From assembly GCA_963740355.1 (NCBI GenBank), contig CAVUDW010000002.1, forward strand, positions 96,001-160,000: DNA of 64,000 nt, written 5' to 3'. The stretch comes from an uncultured Gemmatimonadaceae bacterium (lineage in GTDB: Bacteria; Gemmatimonadota; Gemmatimonadetes; Gemmatimonadales; Gemmatimonadaceae). Below, piece by piece: positions 48,162 to 58,325 of the stretch. Numbering within the stretch: the first letter of the stretch is position 1; every line of letters begins with the position of its first letter. The notes beneath the pieces were generated by a model. The model did not search any database and was not told the DNA's origin. It saw nothing but the letters and a program-made list of their open reading frames with translations. Both the position numbers and the translations under genes were made by a program.

Positions 48162-48340
48162 TGCCGTGCAAGTGTCGGCCGTCTTGAGGACCTTCTTGAA
48201 CCCAATCCGGTCGGCGACGATGGATCTCGGCGATGTATCTGCTGGTCATCCGGGCGGCGCCATCGGGCATCGACCCGCCAGCGCCGGCACCTGAATAGGT
48301 TGTACCCGGTGACGACGGGTTTCTCCTTTCGGGGTGGTGC

Positions 48341-48706
48341 ATGGTTCATGAGATGACGACGACGGCGTTCACGATCGAGGGGTATCGCGTGACGAAGACC
48401 CTTGGCATCGTGCGCGGGATCGTGGTGAGGTCGCGATCGATCTTCGGCACGCTTGGTGGCTCGCTGCAGACGCTGGTGGGCGGCAACATCACGGCGTTCA
48501 CGAAGCTCTGCGAACAGGCGCGCGGCGAGGCGTTCGACATGATGGTGAGTCATGCCGGCCACCTGGGCGCGAACGCGGTGATCGGCGTGCGGTACGACGC
48601 CACCGAGATCATGAACGGGGTGAGCGAGGTGCTCTGTTACGGAACGGCGGTATTCGTCGAGCCGGACAGCACCGCGTCGCGCTGGCAGTCGGGCGACGCG
48701 AGGTAG
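48341..48706 (+). CDS. YbjQ/UPF0145 family protein
   Basis: IEGYRV..LGIVRG, GANAVIGVRYD, YGTAV. Confidence 0.92.
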   Translation: MVHEMTTTAFTIEGYRVTKTLGIVRGIVVRSRSIFGTLGGSLQTLVGGNITAFTKLCEQARGEAFDMMVSHAGHLGANAVIGVRYDATEIMNGVSEVLCYGTAVFVEPDSTASRWQSGDAR

Positions 48707-48738
48707 TCACGTCGCACAGCGCTGCCAGGCCGCCAGCG

Positions 48739-49863
48739 TCAGATCGAGAGTGGTGCCGGCGCGAGTTCAGGGCTGTGACGCCCTCGGGCTCCGACATGCC
48801 ACCAGGTCTCCACGATGTCGCCACGCACGCCGAGCATCGCATCGAACTGTTGCGTCACGATGCAGGCGTGATTGGGCACGATGCGCACCTGTTCGCCGAC
48901 CTTGGGGATCCAGAGCGAATCACTGAGGTCGAGGATGCCGTGCTCCTCGCTCATGCGGGCGACGCTGACTTCGGGGTGGTCGAGCACGGCGCCGTAGCCG
49001 CCCCCTTCCTGCACCCGAATCGGTTCACGACCGAGCGCCTTCACGCCGGCGTCGATCACGACCTGTCCCGGCACGGCATCGCTGATGACGGTGGCCAGCA
49101 CGGTCAGGGCGCAGTCTTCCCAGGCGCAGGCACCCATCGAGAAGGTGTCGCGGTCGTTGAAGACGTAGGTGCCCGGCCGAATTTCGGTGAGACCGGGAAT
49201 GTGGTGCATGCGGAATGCCGCCGGTGTCGATCCGCCACTGACCACTTCGGCGGGAAGACCGGCGTGATCGAGCGACTCGAGCACATTCTTCAGGTCACCG
49301 CAGAGCAGGTCGATCAATCCTTCCTGCTGTGACACCGGCTGACGGATGTGGCCGGGATAGAAACAGATCCCACGATACCGAAGGCCGGGCTGACGGCGAA
49401 TCGCGCCGGCCAGCCGGACTGCTTCACTGGGATCGGAGACGCCCATGCGCTTCATGCCGAAGTCAACTTCGACCAGCACATCGACCGTGTGATCTCGCTG
49501 ACGACAGGCCGCGCCGAGTGCTTCGATGGCGGTGTGCGAGTCGAGCGAGACGCGCAGCTGGACGTCCTCGGAGAAAGTGAGGACGCGGCGGATCTTGGCG
49601 CCGAGCGGCGGGTGCGCGAGGAAGATGTCGTCGGTGACTTCGCTCATCACCTGCAGCTCACGCGGCGTGGCACAGGTGAGGCCGACGGCGCCAAGGCGCA
49701 TCTGTTCGGCCGCGATGCGCGAGGACTTGTGCGTCTTGACGTGCGGCCGCAGGGCGAGCTGGTGCAAGGCGGCATAGGCCGCCATGCGATCCAGATTCAC
49801 CGCGAGGCGATCGAGATCGACGAGCGGGACTGGCGTCTCGATGTCGGTGAATCCGTAGGGCAT
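48739..49863 (-). CDS. PLP-dependent D-threonine aldolase/D-serine dehydratase (DSD1) family enzyme
   Basis: LRPHVKTHKS, SGGSTP, EIRPGTY, SEEHG, PNHAC. Confidence 0.9.
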   Translation of the reverse strand: MPYGFTDIETPVPLVDLDRLAVNLDRMAAYAALHQLALRPHVKTHKSSRIAAEQMRLGAVGLTCATPRELQVMSEVTDDIFLAHPPLGAKIRRVLTFSEDVQLRVSLDSHTAIEALGAACRQRDHTVDVLVEVDFGMKRMGVSDPSEAVRLAGAIRRQPGLRYRGICFYPGHIRQPVSQQEGLIDLLCGDLKNVLESLDHAGLPAEVVSGGSTPAAFRMHHIPGLTEIRPGTYVFNDRDTFSMGACAWEDCALTVLATVISDAVPGQVVIDAGVKALGREPIRVQEGGGYGAVLDHPEVSVARMSEEHGILDLSDSLWIPKVGEQVRIVPNHACIVTQQFDAMLGVRGDIVETWWHVGARGRHSPELAPAPLSI

Positions 49864-49950
49864 GCCTGCTAACGTGGAGCGCTTCGCAGTTCCCGGCAAG
49901 GCGCGGCAGACCGGTCGCGCGTGGTTGGTGGGATCGCTACCCTTTCCTGC

Positions 49951-50463
49951 ATGACGAAACTCTCCCGTTTTCCGTGGCGACTGCTGGTGGGTGCCGCGCT
50001 GGTGACAGCGTGCGTGGAAGCACCACCGCCGAGGCCTGCCGTATCTGGTGACCCGAAGGAACTCACCTTCGCACCGACGCTGAACGTCAAGCTCGACTCG
50101 ACCGAATTGCGGCCAAGTGGCCTCTACGTGCACGACCTGAAGGTGGGCACCGGTGCCGTCTGCGACTCGATGTCGACGGCGGAAGTGTTCTACACGGGCT
50201 GGCTGGCGGACGGCCAGAAGTTCGACAGCAACCGCGATCGGCAGGAGACGTTCCGCTTCACCGTTGGCATCGGCCAGGTGATTGCCGGGTGGGACGAAGG
50301 CCTGCGGGGCATGCGGGTCGGAGGAAAGCGCCAGCTGATCGTGCCGCCGAAACTCGGCTACGGCGACATCGGCAACGCACCGCAGATTCCGCGCATGGCT
50401 ACGTTGGTGTTCGAGGTGGAACTGGTTGGATTGCCGCAGGCATCGCCCGCAGGAGTGCGCTGA
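49951..50463 (+). CDS. FKBP-type peptidyl-prolyl isomerase lipoprotein
   Basis: Lipobox [30 protein letters not shown]. Confidence 0.94.
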   Translation: MTKLSRFPWRLLVGAALVTACVEAPPPRPAVSGDPKELTFAPTLNVKLDSTELRPSGLYVHDLKVGTGAVCDSMSTAEVFYTGWLADGQKFDSNRDRQETFRFTVGIGQVIAGWDEGLRGMRVGGKRQLIVPPKLGYGDIGNAPQIPRMATLVFEVELVGLPQASPAGVR

Positions 50464-51029
50464 TGGATGAGACGCCGATCCACGTTGCGTCGCACGACGA
50501 ACTGACCTTCGAGCGGCCGCGTGCCGGCACGTACGGTGAGTTCTATCACAAGTACATCGAGCTGGTGCCGGACGGCGACCTGCGTCGGCTGCTGCCGGTG
50601 ATCTTCGATGCCAATTACCGGGCGATGCGCACGATCACGGCAGAGCAGGAGCGGCATCGCTACGCGCCGGGGAAGTGGTCGGTTCGCGAGGCGGTCGGCC
50701 ACATGGCCGATTGCGAGCGTGTCTTCAGCTATCGCGCGATGCGCGTGGCACGTGGAGACACGACGCCGCTCGCGTCATTCGACGAGAATGCCTACGTGCC
50801 TGCCGCGCGGTACGATGACCTGCCGCTGGAACAGATCCTCGCAGAGTTGATGGCCGTGCACGCCTCGACGATCCTGCTGTTCGAGAACCTCGCGGATGAA
50901 GCGTGGGATCGCATGGGCACCGCGTCCAACCATCCCATCAGCGTTCGTGCACTGGCGTACATCATCGCCGGCCACGAGTTGCATCACATGAACCTGTTCC
51001 GCGAACGCTACGGCGTGATGGACGTGTGA
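50463..51029 (+). CDS. DinB-family protein
   Basis: YAPGKWSVRE..GH..D.ER, IAGHELHH; TGATG overlap. Confidence 0.9.
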   Translation: MDETPIHVASHDELTFERPRAGTYGEFYHKYIELVPDGDLRRLLPVIFDANYRAMRTITAEQERHRYAPGKWSVREAVGHMADCERVFSYRAMRVARGDTTPLASFDENAYVPAARYDDLPLEQILAELMAVHASTILLFENLADEAWDRMGTASNHPISVRALAYIIAGHELHHMNLFRERYGVMDV

Positions 51030-51142
51030 GTCAGGTGTGTGTGACGGGTGCGTGATGTGACGAGGGGACAGCGCGAACACTCAGCGCTGCCCCCTCGTCA
51101 CTCACCCGCCTCGTGTCGCCCGACCTTCGACCAGCACCGACG

Positions 51143-51778
51143 TCAGAGCGAGTCGAGCAGGTCGTCGATGGCCTTGGTATCGGCTTCGTCGAGCGGACCG
51201 CCGACGATGATCTTCTGCAGGATGTCGACGGCCTCGGCGGCCAGATCGTCATTGTGCTTCCGATCACTCTCGAAGCGCACGATATGTCCGAGGAGGACCG
51301 TCTCCATCCGCCGGCGCTCACCGTCTTCATCCGCCTCACCGAACAACTCGGCCTCGGCGTCCATGTCGTCGGTCGACCGGGAGTTCTCGTAGCTCGGCAC
51401 ACTCTCCTTCCAGGGCTCGTCGGCCGAGTCGGAGTCCTTGAGCTTGTCCGGCGGCACCAGGGCGAAGAGGCGGCACTGCAGGCCCGGCTCCTCTTCGTAT
51501 GCGAAGAGACCGAGCGGGACCGGATCGGAGAAGAGGTCGAGGCGAAGCAGATGCTGGATGGCGTCATCCGGCATGGCGCAGCGCGCGACCAGTCGTTCGC
51601 CGATGAACGCGCCGAGGCACACCCCTTCCGGGGCGCGCTCGTCTTCCATGCGCTGCACCGTGATCGGGATGGCGGTCGTGGTGGTCACGAAGACAGCGGG
51701 ACGTTCATCGTCACCGCCCTCGTCACCGTCAAATGGGTTCACGCCGTCAGGGCGCTCGTCTGCGTCGTCGTCGAACAT
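51143..51778 (-). CDS. Acidic hypothetical protein
   Basis: Clean ORF co-oriented with the ABC genes; no family recognised. Confidence 0.75.
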   Translation of the reverse strand: MFDDDADERPDGVNPFDGDEGGDDERPAVFVTTTTAIPITVQRMEDERAPEGVCLGAFIGERLVARCAMPDDAIQHLLRLDLFSDPVPLGLFAYEEEPGLQCRLFALVPPDKLKDSDSADEPWKESVPSYENSRSTDDMDAEAELFGEADEDGERRRMETVLLGHIVRFESDRKHNDDLAAEAVDILQKIIVGGPLDEADTKAIDDLLDSL

Positions 51779-51800
51779 GATGGAAGATACGTAATCCGAC

Positions 51801-53606
51801 TCAAGGTTGTGCGGATGGGATATCGGACGGTTCGAGCTTGTCGAGCGCCTTGCCGAGCAGCCGAGCCAGTCCCAACCACTCGAACACGATCAGCACCATC
51901 GCAACCGCGAGGCAGACTGCAGCGCCGGCACCGATGGGGAATCGGGTGTGTGCGAGGAGCGCGATCCAGAGGCCCCATGCCGCTGCGACCGGTGCCGCGA
52001 GGAGCAGGGCGAGTGAGGCGAGGATCCCAAGCAGCGTGATGTACACCTGACCGACCACAGATGCACCACCGGTGGACGCGCCGCCCTGATTGAGCGGTAC
52101 CCAGGCCGGCAGCCAGAGGGCGACCGCATTGTAGAGCGTGATGTGAAGGAGGTTGATCCCGCCCAGCGCGACCGTGCCACCGAGGATGGCGAAGGCCAGG
52201 CCGGTGCGGCCCACCGGACCGCCGATACCCTGCAGGAGGAAGTAGCCGGGCAAGCCAAATAGGAGCGCCATCGCGACAGTGGTGATCCCGGCCGCGGTGA
52301 GAATCTCGGTGGCGACGATGGTATGGGCGGGCAGCGGCGCCGTCTTGAGGAAGGCGAGGTGCGCGAGATCGTGGCGCAGGTCGAGGCGGAACCAGGCCGG
52401 CGCGGTGAGCACGGCGGCCGCGAAGACGCTCAGGTAGGTGGTCAGGAACGCCGACCGGAGCGACGTGCGGGTGACGTCGAAGCCGTTGTCGCCACGGGAT
52501 GAGGCGACGGCGATGACGACGATGATGGTGACCGCGATGAGAAGCGCTCGGGGGCGGAACGTGCGCATCGCAGCGGTGACGTTCTTCCAGGCGAGCGCGA
52601 CGGCGGGATTGCCGGTGAGGCTGAGGTCCCATCGCAATCGCCCCGGCTTGATGCGCGAGAGCGAGCCGCCGCGGCGCATCTGCGCCACCCGGTCGGCGAA
52701 TCGCGCACTCGAGCCGACGGCCAGTTCCTCGAATGGCTGGGGGTCGCGCAGAATCCAGAGGTAGTGCATCGCCAGCAGCAGCAGGGCTTCCGGCATAGCG
52801 AAGAACCACTCGCGTGCGCCGTGGGCGAAGGCCGGGGCGGTGGTCACGCGGATGGGCCAGACCAGCAGGTGCACGAAGCGATCGTTGAGCAGCGACTGCA
52901 CCGCGACACGGCCGGCGAGCATGCGGTCGAAGACGTGGCTGTTGTCGTACGACGAGAGATCGAGAAAGCTGCGCCACATGGCGATGGCCACCGGCGCGGC
53001 GTGTGCGCAGGCGATGGCGAGCGCCCCGATGTAGAGCACGGCGATGACCTTGGCGACCGGCTTGCGGCGCGGGACGTCAGGGGGATGCGTGCGCGCGAGC
53101 GTTGCGCCGAGGCGATGCAGCGAGACCGTCGTGAAGAGCACCCAGAGGCCGATGGCGCGAAGCACGCCCGGGAGTTCGGCACCGCCGCGGCGCAGCAGCA
53201 GTGTCCAGATCAGCACCTGTGCCAGCAGGACGGCTTGTACGCTGAAGAGCCGCGCCTGCACCAGCGTTCGGCGCTTGACGGGTGCCGGGAAGAGGAAATA
53301 GACCTCGGCGGAGCTGAAGGCGAGGGCGTTGTCGCTGGGCGCGAGCAACCACCAGGCGCCGAGCGCCAGGCTCAGGCCGACGATGGAGAGCAGCTGCCGG
53401 ATGTCGAGCAGGTTGGGATCGAGCGCGACGGTGCTGCGTGCCGACTGCGAGAAGAGCAGCGACGCGACGTACGCCCCCATGGCCAGCGCGCCGACGATGT
53501 AGCGCGGTTGCTTGAGGCGTCGCACTTGCTGCCGCAGGCGATTGCCCCAACTCCGCGAATAGAGGAACCAGAGCGCGCTCCACGGGCGTGCCACGCCAGC
53601 ACTCAC
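51801..53606 (-). CDS. Putative ABC exporter permease
   Basis: Many TM segments; FSSAEVYFLFPAPV motif; GTGA overlap with the ATPase. Confidence 0.85.
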   Translation of the reverse strand: MSAGVARPWSALWFLYSRSWGNRLRQQVRRLKQPRYIVGALAMGAYVASLLFSQSARSTVALDPNLLDIRQLLSIVGLSLALGAWWLLAPSDNALAFSSAEVYFLFPAPVKRRTLVQARLFSVQAVLLAQVLIWTLLLRRGGAELPGVLRAIGLWVLFTTVSLHRLGATLARTHPPDVPRRKPVAKVIAVLYIGALAIACAHAAPVAIAMWRSFLDLSSYDNSHVFDRMLAGRVAVQSLLNDRFVHLLVWPIRVTTAPAFAHGAREWFFAMPEALLLLAMHYLWILRDPQPFEELAVGSSARFADRVAQMRRGGSLSRIKPGRLRWDLSLTGNPAVALAWKNVTAAMRTFRPRALLIAVTIIVVIAVASSRGDNGFDVTRTSLRSAFLTTYLSVFAAAVLTAPAWFRLDLRHDLAHLAFLKTAPLPAHTIVATEILTAAGITTVAMALLFGLPGYFLLQGIGGPVGRTGLAFAILGGTVALGGINLLHITLYNAVALWLPAWVPLNQGGASTGGASVVGQVYITLLGILASLALLLAAPVAAAWGLWIALLAHTRFPIGAGAAVCLAVAMVLIVFEWLGLARLLGKALDKLEPSDIPSAQP

Positions 53607-54463
53607 GCGGCGTGACCGGTGGGTGGGGTGGTGGCGGGCGCGACGGGTGGCTCGACGTGCGGTTCTGCAGGGGGCCCCGCCGGTGGCGCGACGGCTGCAG
53701 GTGCCGCGGAAGGTTGCGTGTCGTCGGTGAGCGCGATGAAGAGATCCTCGAGCGACGCGGTCGCCAGCTCGGGGCGAATGGCGCGCAGCTGATCCACGGT
53801 CCCGAGCGCCGCCACCGATCCACGGCGCAGCAGGAGGACTCGCGTGCAGAGTTCCTCGACGAGGTTGAGTAGGTGCGAGCTGAGAATGACTGCCGTGCCA
53901 CGTTCGGCGCGCCGACGGATGGTGTCCTTCATGCGGCGGATACCGGCGGGGTCGAGGCCGGTGAGCGGCTCGTCGAGAATCAGCACGGCGGGGTCGTGCA
54001 GCAGCGCGCAGGCCACGGAGAGCTTCTGCTTCATGCCGCGCGAGAGTTCGCTGGGGAGCACGCCGCGTTTTTCGGTGAGGTCCATTTCCGCCAGCAGTGC
54101 CGGAATCCGGTCAGCCGCGTCGGGCACGCCGTAGAGACGGGCGGTGAAGCGCAGGTGCTCCTCGACGGTGAGGTAGTCGAAGAGGTGCGGTTCATCGGGG
54201 AGGAAGGCGAGCTGCCGTTTGGCGTCGACCGGGTTGGTGGCGAGGTCGAACCCCGCGATGGCCAGGTCCCCCTCGGTGGGCCGGAGGATGCCGGCCAGCG
54301 CCCGCAGCGTGGTGGTCTTGCCGGCGCCGTTGGGTCCGACCAGGCCGAGGATTTCGCCCGGCGGGACCTCGAGGCTGAGGCCGCTGACGGCGGTGACGGT
54401 GCCGTAGCGCTTGCTGAAGTTCCGGACGAGGATGGCGGCGGGAACGGTTGGGGGTGGGGCCAT
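53603..54463 (-). CDS. ABC transporter ATP-binding protein
   Basis: GPNGAGKTT, LSRGMKQK, ILDEP, SSH. Confidence 0.95.
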   Translation of the reverse strand: MAPPPTVPAAILVRNFSKRYGTVTAVSGLSLEVPPGEILGLVGPNGAGKTTTLRALAGILRPTEGDLAIAGFDLATNPVDAKRQLAFLPDEPHLFDYLTVEEHLRFTARLYGVPDAADRIPALLAEMDLTEKRGVLPSELSRGMKQKLSVACALLHDPAVLILDEPLTGLDPAGIRRMKDTIRRRAERGTAVILSSHLLNLVEELCTRVLLLRRGSVAALGTVDQLRAIRPELATASLEDLFIALTDDTQPSAAPAAVAPPAGPPAEPHVEPPVAPATTPPTGHAA

Positions 54464-54596
54464 GGGGGCGAAGGGTGGCCGGACCCGGGTGCGCAGGCAA
54501 GCCCGGAGGGGGAGCGACCGATACTCGAAAGCACGTCTCTCGTCCGAGCTGCCCACTGGCGGCTTCGGAACCGTCGTCCCGCCTGCCGACTCCTCC

Positions 54597-55811
54597 ATGT
54601 CTGACGCCATTGTTGCCCGCCAGCCGATTTTCGATGACCGACAAAAGCTGGTCGGCTTCGAGCTGTTGTATCGACACGCTGAGGACGCGACGTCGGCGCG
54701 CGGCGCCACTCCAACGATCATGGCCTCGTCCACGGTCGTGCAGGCGGTGCTGGGCATCGGCCTCGAACGCCTGACGGAGGGTGAGCGGGTCTGGATCAAC
54801 CTGTCCCGCGACCTGATCGTCGAACGGGCGTGGGAGTTGCTCGATCCGAAGGCCGTGGTGCTCGAGATTCTCGAAAGTGTGGAGCCGGACGCGGAGGTGA
54901 TCGCCGCCTGCGCCGATGCCAAGAAGCGCGGCTACCAGTTGGCATTGGATGACTTCGTGTGGGACGAGAAGTGGGTGCCGCTGCTCGAGATGGCCTCGAT
55001 GGTGAAGGTGGATGTGCAGGGACGCACGATGGAGGAGCTGAAGCCGCTGGTCGCCAAGTTGAAGACGTTCGGCGTGAAGCTGCTGGCCGAGCGTGTCGAG
55101 ACGGATCGAGTGCGCTCCGAGTGCGCGTCGATCGGCTTCACGTTGTTCCAGGGTTATTTCTACTGCCAGCCGGAAACGGTGGTGAAGCGTGACTTGTCCG
55201 CCGCCGAGTCGAGCGCGTTGCAGCTGCTGAACCTGGTGCGGAACGAGAAGACCCCGACGGCCCAGGTCGAAGCGGGCATCAAGCGCGATCCGGCGATGAC
55301 CTTCAAGCTGCTGCGCATCGTGAACAGCGCGGCGATGGGCTTCAACGGCATCGAGTCGATTCCACACGCGCTGCGCCTGTTGGGCCGCACGCAGCTGGAA
55401 CGCTGGCTGACGTTGTTGGTGATGGCGAGCTTTTCGTCCGGTGGCGCGCGCCAGCGTGAGTTGTTCAAGCTCAGTCTCACGCGCGCCCGCCTGCTGGAGC
55501 TGATGAGCGACGCAAGCGATCGTGACCAGCGATTCCTGGTAGGGATGTTCTCGATGCTGCACGTCCTGCTGCAGGCGCCGATGAAAGACGTGATCGCCAC
55601 GCTGCAGCTTTCGCAGTCGGTGTCGGATGCGCTGCTCGAGCGGAAGGGTCCGCACGGTGCATTGCTGGCTGGCCTCGAGGCGTACGAAGTCGGCGACTGG
55701 GACCGTGTCGAGCTGGTGACCGGCAACGACGATCGCGCCCTGGTGCAGATCGCGGCGCACTATCCGGCGGCGCTGGGCTGGGCGATCGAGCAGGTCAAGA
55801 CGACGGGCTGA
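54597..55811 (+). CDS. EAL-HDOD protein (YuxH/PdeH-like)
   Basis: ARQPIFD, FELLYR, LEILE, ALDDF, AERVET, QGYFY; HDOD KLLRIVNSA, LVGMFS. Confidence 0.92.
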   Translation: MSDAIVARQPIFDDRQKLVGFELLYRHAEDATSARGATPTIMASSTVVQAVLGIGLERLTEGERVWINLSRDLIVERAWELLDPKAVVLEILESVEPDAEVIAACADAKKRGYQLALDDFVWDEKWVPLLEMASMVKVDVQGRTMEELKPLVAKLKTFGVKLLAERVETDRVRSECASIGFTLFQGYFYCQPETVVKRDLSAAESSALQLLNLVRNEKTPTAQVEAGIKRDPAMTFKLLRIVNSAAMGFNGIESIPHALRLLGRTQLERWLTLLVMASFSSGGARQRELFKLSLTRARLLELMSDASDRDQRFLVGMFSMLHVLLQAPMKDVIATLQLSQSVSDALLERKGPHGALLAGLEAYEVGDWDRVELVTGNDDRALVQIAAHYPAALGWAIEQVKTTG

Positions 55812-55820
55812 TCATTCTGC

Positions 55821-56029
55821 GGCAAACTGCCACTGCCAAACGCAGAGACGCAGAGGCGCAGAGGGTTCAACCGCGGGGACGGCTTCGATGCACGTCTGGC
55901 AATGGCGGTGGTTTTGGGAACAGCAACGGCAACAGCAACAGCATAACGCAGAACTGAACAGCCGCAGAAGGGAACTGCCGCAGAAGAGCGAACGGCCACT
56001 GCTAAACGCAGTGGCGCGGAGGCGCAGAG
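55821..56029. repeat. Second REP-like family (CGCAGAG / AACTGAACAGCCGCAG units), left arm
   Basis: AAACGCAGAGACGCAGAGGCGCAGAG; (GCAACA)n; TAACGCAGAACTGAACAGCCGCAGAA. Confidence 0.75.
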
Positions 56030-57302
56030 TGTCACGTCCTGATTAGCGTCTACACGTCCCCCGCCGTTGGAGACGTAGACCCATGGCCCGATCGTTTCAC
56101 CAGTACAGTCCGGACTTGAAGCAGCGGCTCGTCGAGGAGATTGAGGGCGGGCATCTGTCGATGCGCGAAGCCGCGCGGGATGCGCAGACCACCGTGGCCA
56201 TGGTGCAGACCTGGCTGCGGGAGTACGGCCGGTTCCAGCCGAAACGCGACATCGTGGAGGTGGTCATGAAGAGCGAGCAGGATCGGATTGCGGCGTTGGA
56301 GAAGGCCCTGGCCGAGGCGCATCTCAAGCTGCAGGTGTTCGACGAGCTGATCACCCAGGCGAACAAACACTACAAGATCGACATCAAAAAAAACTTTGGT
56401 ACGCCGCCGCTGCCGTCCTCTGCGCCCCGGCCGACACCGCGCACACCGTCGCCGGGGTCTGCCGCACGCTCGGCTGCACCCGCGACGCCTACTACAAGCG
56501 ACAGCGCCGCGGGAGCGACGCAGACACCGACCCGGACGCCGCGGTGATCGCGCAGGTCGATGCCCTCCGCCGCGTCCAGCCGCGCGTCGGGACGCGGAAG
56601 CTGCACGACGCCCTCACGACCGCAGGGGTGACCGTGGGGCGGGACCGCCTGTTCACGGTGCTCCGCACCACGGGGCGCCTCGTGGCCCGGAAGCGCCGCG
56701 CCACGCAGACGACGTATGCGCACCATCCCTACGTCGTGGCGCCCAATCGCCTCAAGACGCTCACCGTCACCGGCGCGCGCCAGGTCGTCGTGAGCGACAT
56801 CACGTACCTGCGGCTCGAGCACGGCGCGTTTGCGTACCTGTTTCTTGTCACCGACCTGTACGCGCGCCACATCGTCGGCTGGCATCTTCGCACCGATCTC
56901 TCGCCGCAGGGCGCGCTGCAGGCGCTCGCGGCCGCGCAGCAGACGCTGGGTGACTGTCAGGGCATCGTGCACCACTCGGATCGCGGCAGTCAGTATTGCT
57001 GCCACGCGTACGTCCAGCAGCTGCACGCCCATCGCATGCTCCCGAGCACGACGGACGGCGCCCACTGCTATCAGAATGCGGTCGCCGAACGCGTGAACGG
57101 CATCCTGAAAGATGAATTCGACCTCGATGCCGTCTTCCCCTCGCTGGCCGACGCGCGCGCGGCGGTCACCCACGCGGTCACGATCTACAACACCGTCCGC
57201 ACGCACTGGAGTCTCGCGCTCCAAACCCCGCACGCCGTGTTTCACCAGGCGGCCTAACCCAGACCGCCTGCACCCTGTGTAGACATTATTTAGGACTAGA
57301 CA
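56030..57302 (+). mobile_element. IS3-family insertion sequence (1273 bp)
   Basis: TG...CA ends; 26-bp imperfect IRs (TGTCACGTCCTGATTAGCGTCTACAC vs TGTCTAGTCCTAAATAATGTCTACAC, 20/26); orfA/orfB. Confidence 0.95.
56083..57257 (+). CDS. IS3 transposase OrfAB made by -1 frameshift (OrfA alone 56083-56547)
   Basis: A8C slippery run at 56386-56394; -1 frame reads VCRTLGCTRDAYY; DDE motifs SDITY, HHSDRGSQY, AERVNGILKDE. Confidence 0.93.
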
Positions 57303-57455
57303 CTGCGTTTTGCCGTGGCAGTTTTGCGGCCGTGCGCACTTTTGCGGCTGTCGCAGTATCCCGGTGCTGTTTTGCGTCAACTCAGTTCAGCCGTAGCAGT
57401 TGAGCAGTGGCTCTTCCGCGGCTGTTCAGTTCTGCGGCTGTTCAGTTCTGCGTTA
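57303..57455. repeat. Second REP-like family, right arm (inverted relative to the left arm)
   Basis: CTGCGTTTTGCCGTGGCAGTTT and TTCTGCGGCTGTTCAGTTCTGCGTTA match left-arm units in reverse complement. Confidence 0.75.
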
Positions 57456-57488
57456 AGGCAGTTGCACGTGCTGCAGTGCGACGCGAGT

Positions 57489-58325
57489 TCAGCTCTTGAC
57501 GGGCGGCGGTGCGGCCGCGGCGCTGGAGTCGGGGGCGTTCTCGTCGTCGAAGGCGCGGAACGGCAGGAAGAGCGAGATGCGCCGATTGGTGGGGTCGTAC
57601 GGATTGTCCGGGTTGCGCAGGTCGCGATCCGCGAGGCCACGCACCTGCACCAGGCGATCGTTCGGGATCCCGGCGGCCTTCACCACACGCCGGGCTGCGT
57701 TGGCGCGATCGGCGCTCAACTCCCAGTTCGTGTATGAGCCGCCTTCGCCGAAGGGCGCACCGTCCGTATGCCCCTCGAGGATGATCGGATTCGAGAGCAA
57801 CGCGATCTCTTCGGCGATGAGCGCGATGGCCGTGACGGCCTTCGGCCGGAGGATCGCCGACCCGGTCGGGAAGAAGTCGTCACCACTGCCCTTCTCCACC
57901 AGCTCGATGCGCAGACCATCCTTGGTGATGATCACCTCGATGGAATTCTTCAGTCCCTGCAACGCGGGATTGCTGTCGATGCGGGCAGCGATGCGTTTTT
58001 GGAAGTCGCGAAACTGCTGCTCTTCCGCCTTTCGCACGATCAGCTTGAGCGCGTTCTTCGACACGCGTGCCGGTGAGGATCCAGCGGCCACCGGTGACGC
58101 GCCGCCGCTGTAGCCCTTCTTCTTGCCGACGGGGTTGTCGAAGTAGCCCTCGACGGCGCGCTTGGTTTCGGGGTCGAGCCCCACCAGCCAGAGCACCATG
58201 AAGAAGGCCATCATGGCGGTCACGAAGTCGGCGTACGCCAGTTTCCAGGCGCCGCCGTGGTGGCCACCGTGGCCACCACTCTTCTTCTTGACGATGACGA
58301 TCTTCTTGCCGTCCTTGGCTGCCAT
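57489..58325 (-). CDS. motB: Flagellar stator subunit MotB
   Basis: GHHGGAWKLAYADFVTAMMAFF; EGHTD, NWELSADRA, NRRI. Confidence 0.96.
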   Translation of the reverse strand: MAAKDGKKIVIVKKKSGGHGGHHGGAWKLAYADFVTAMMAFFMVLWLVGLDPETKRAVEGYFDNPVGKKKGYSGGASPVAAGSSPARVSKNALKLIVRKAEEQQFRDFQKRIAARIDSNPALQGLKNSIEVIITKDGLRIELVEKGSGDDFFPTGSAILRPKAVTAIALIAEEIALLSNPIILEGHTDGAPFGEGGSYTNWELSADRANAARRVVKAAGIPNDRLVQVRGLADRDLRNPDNPYDPTNRRISLFLPFRAFDDENAPDSSAAAAPPPVKS

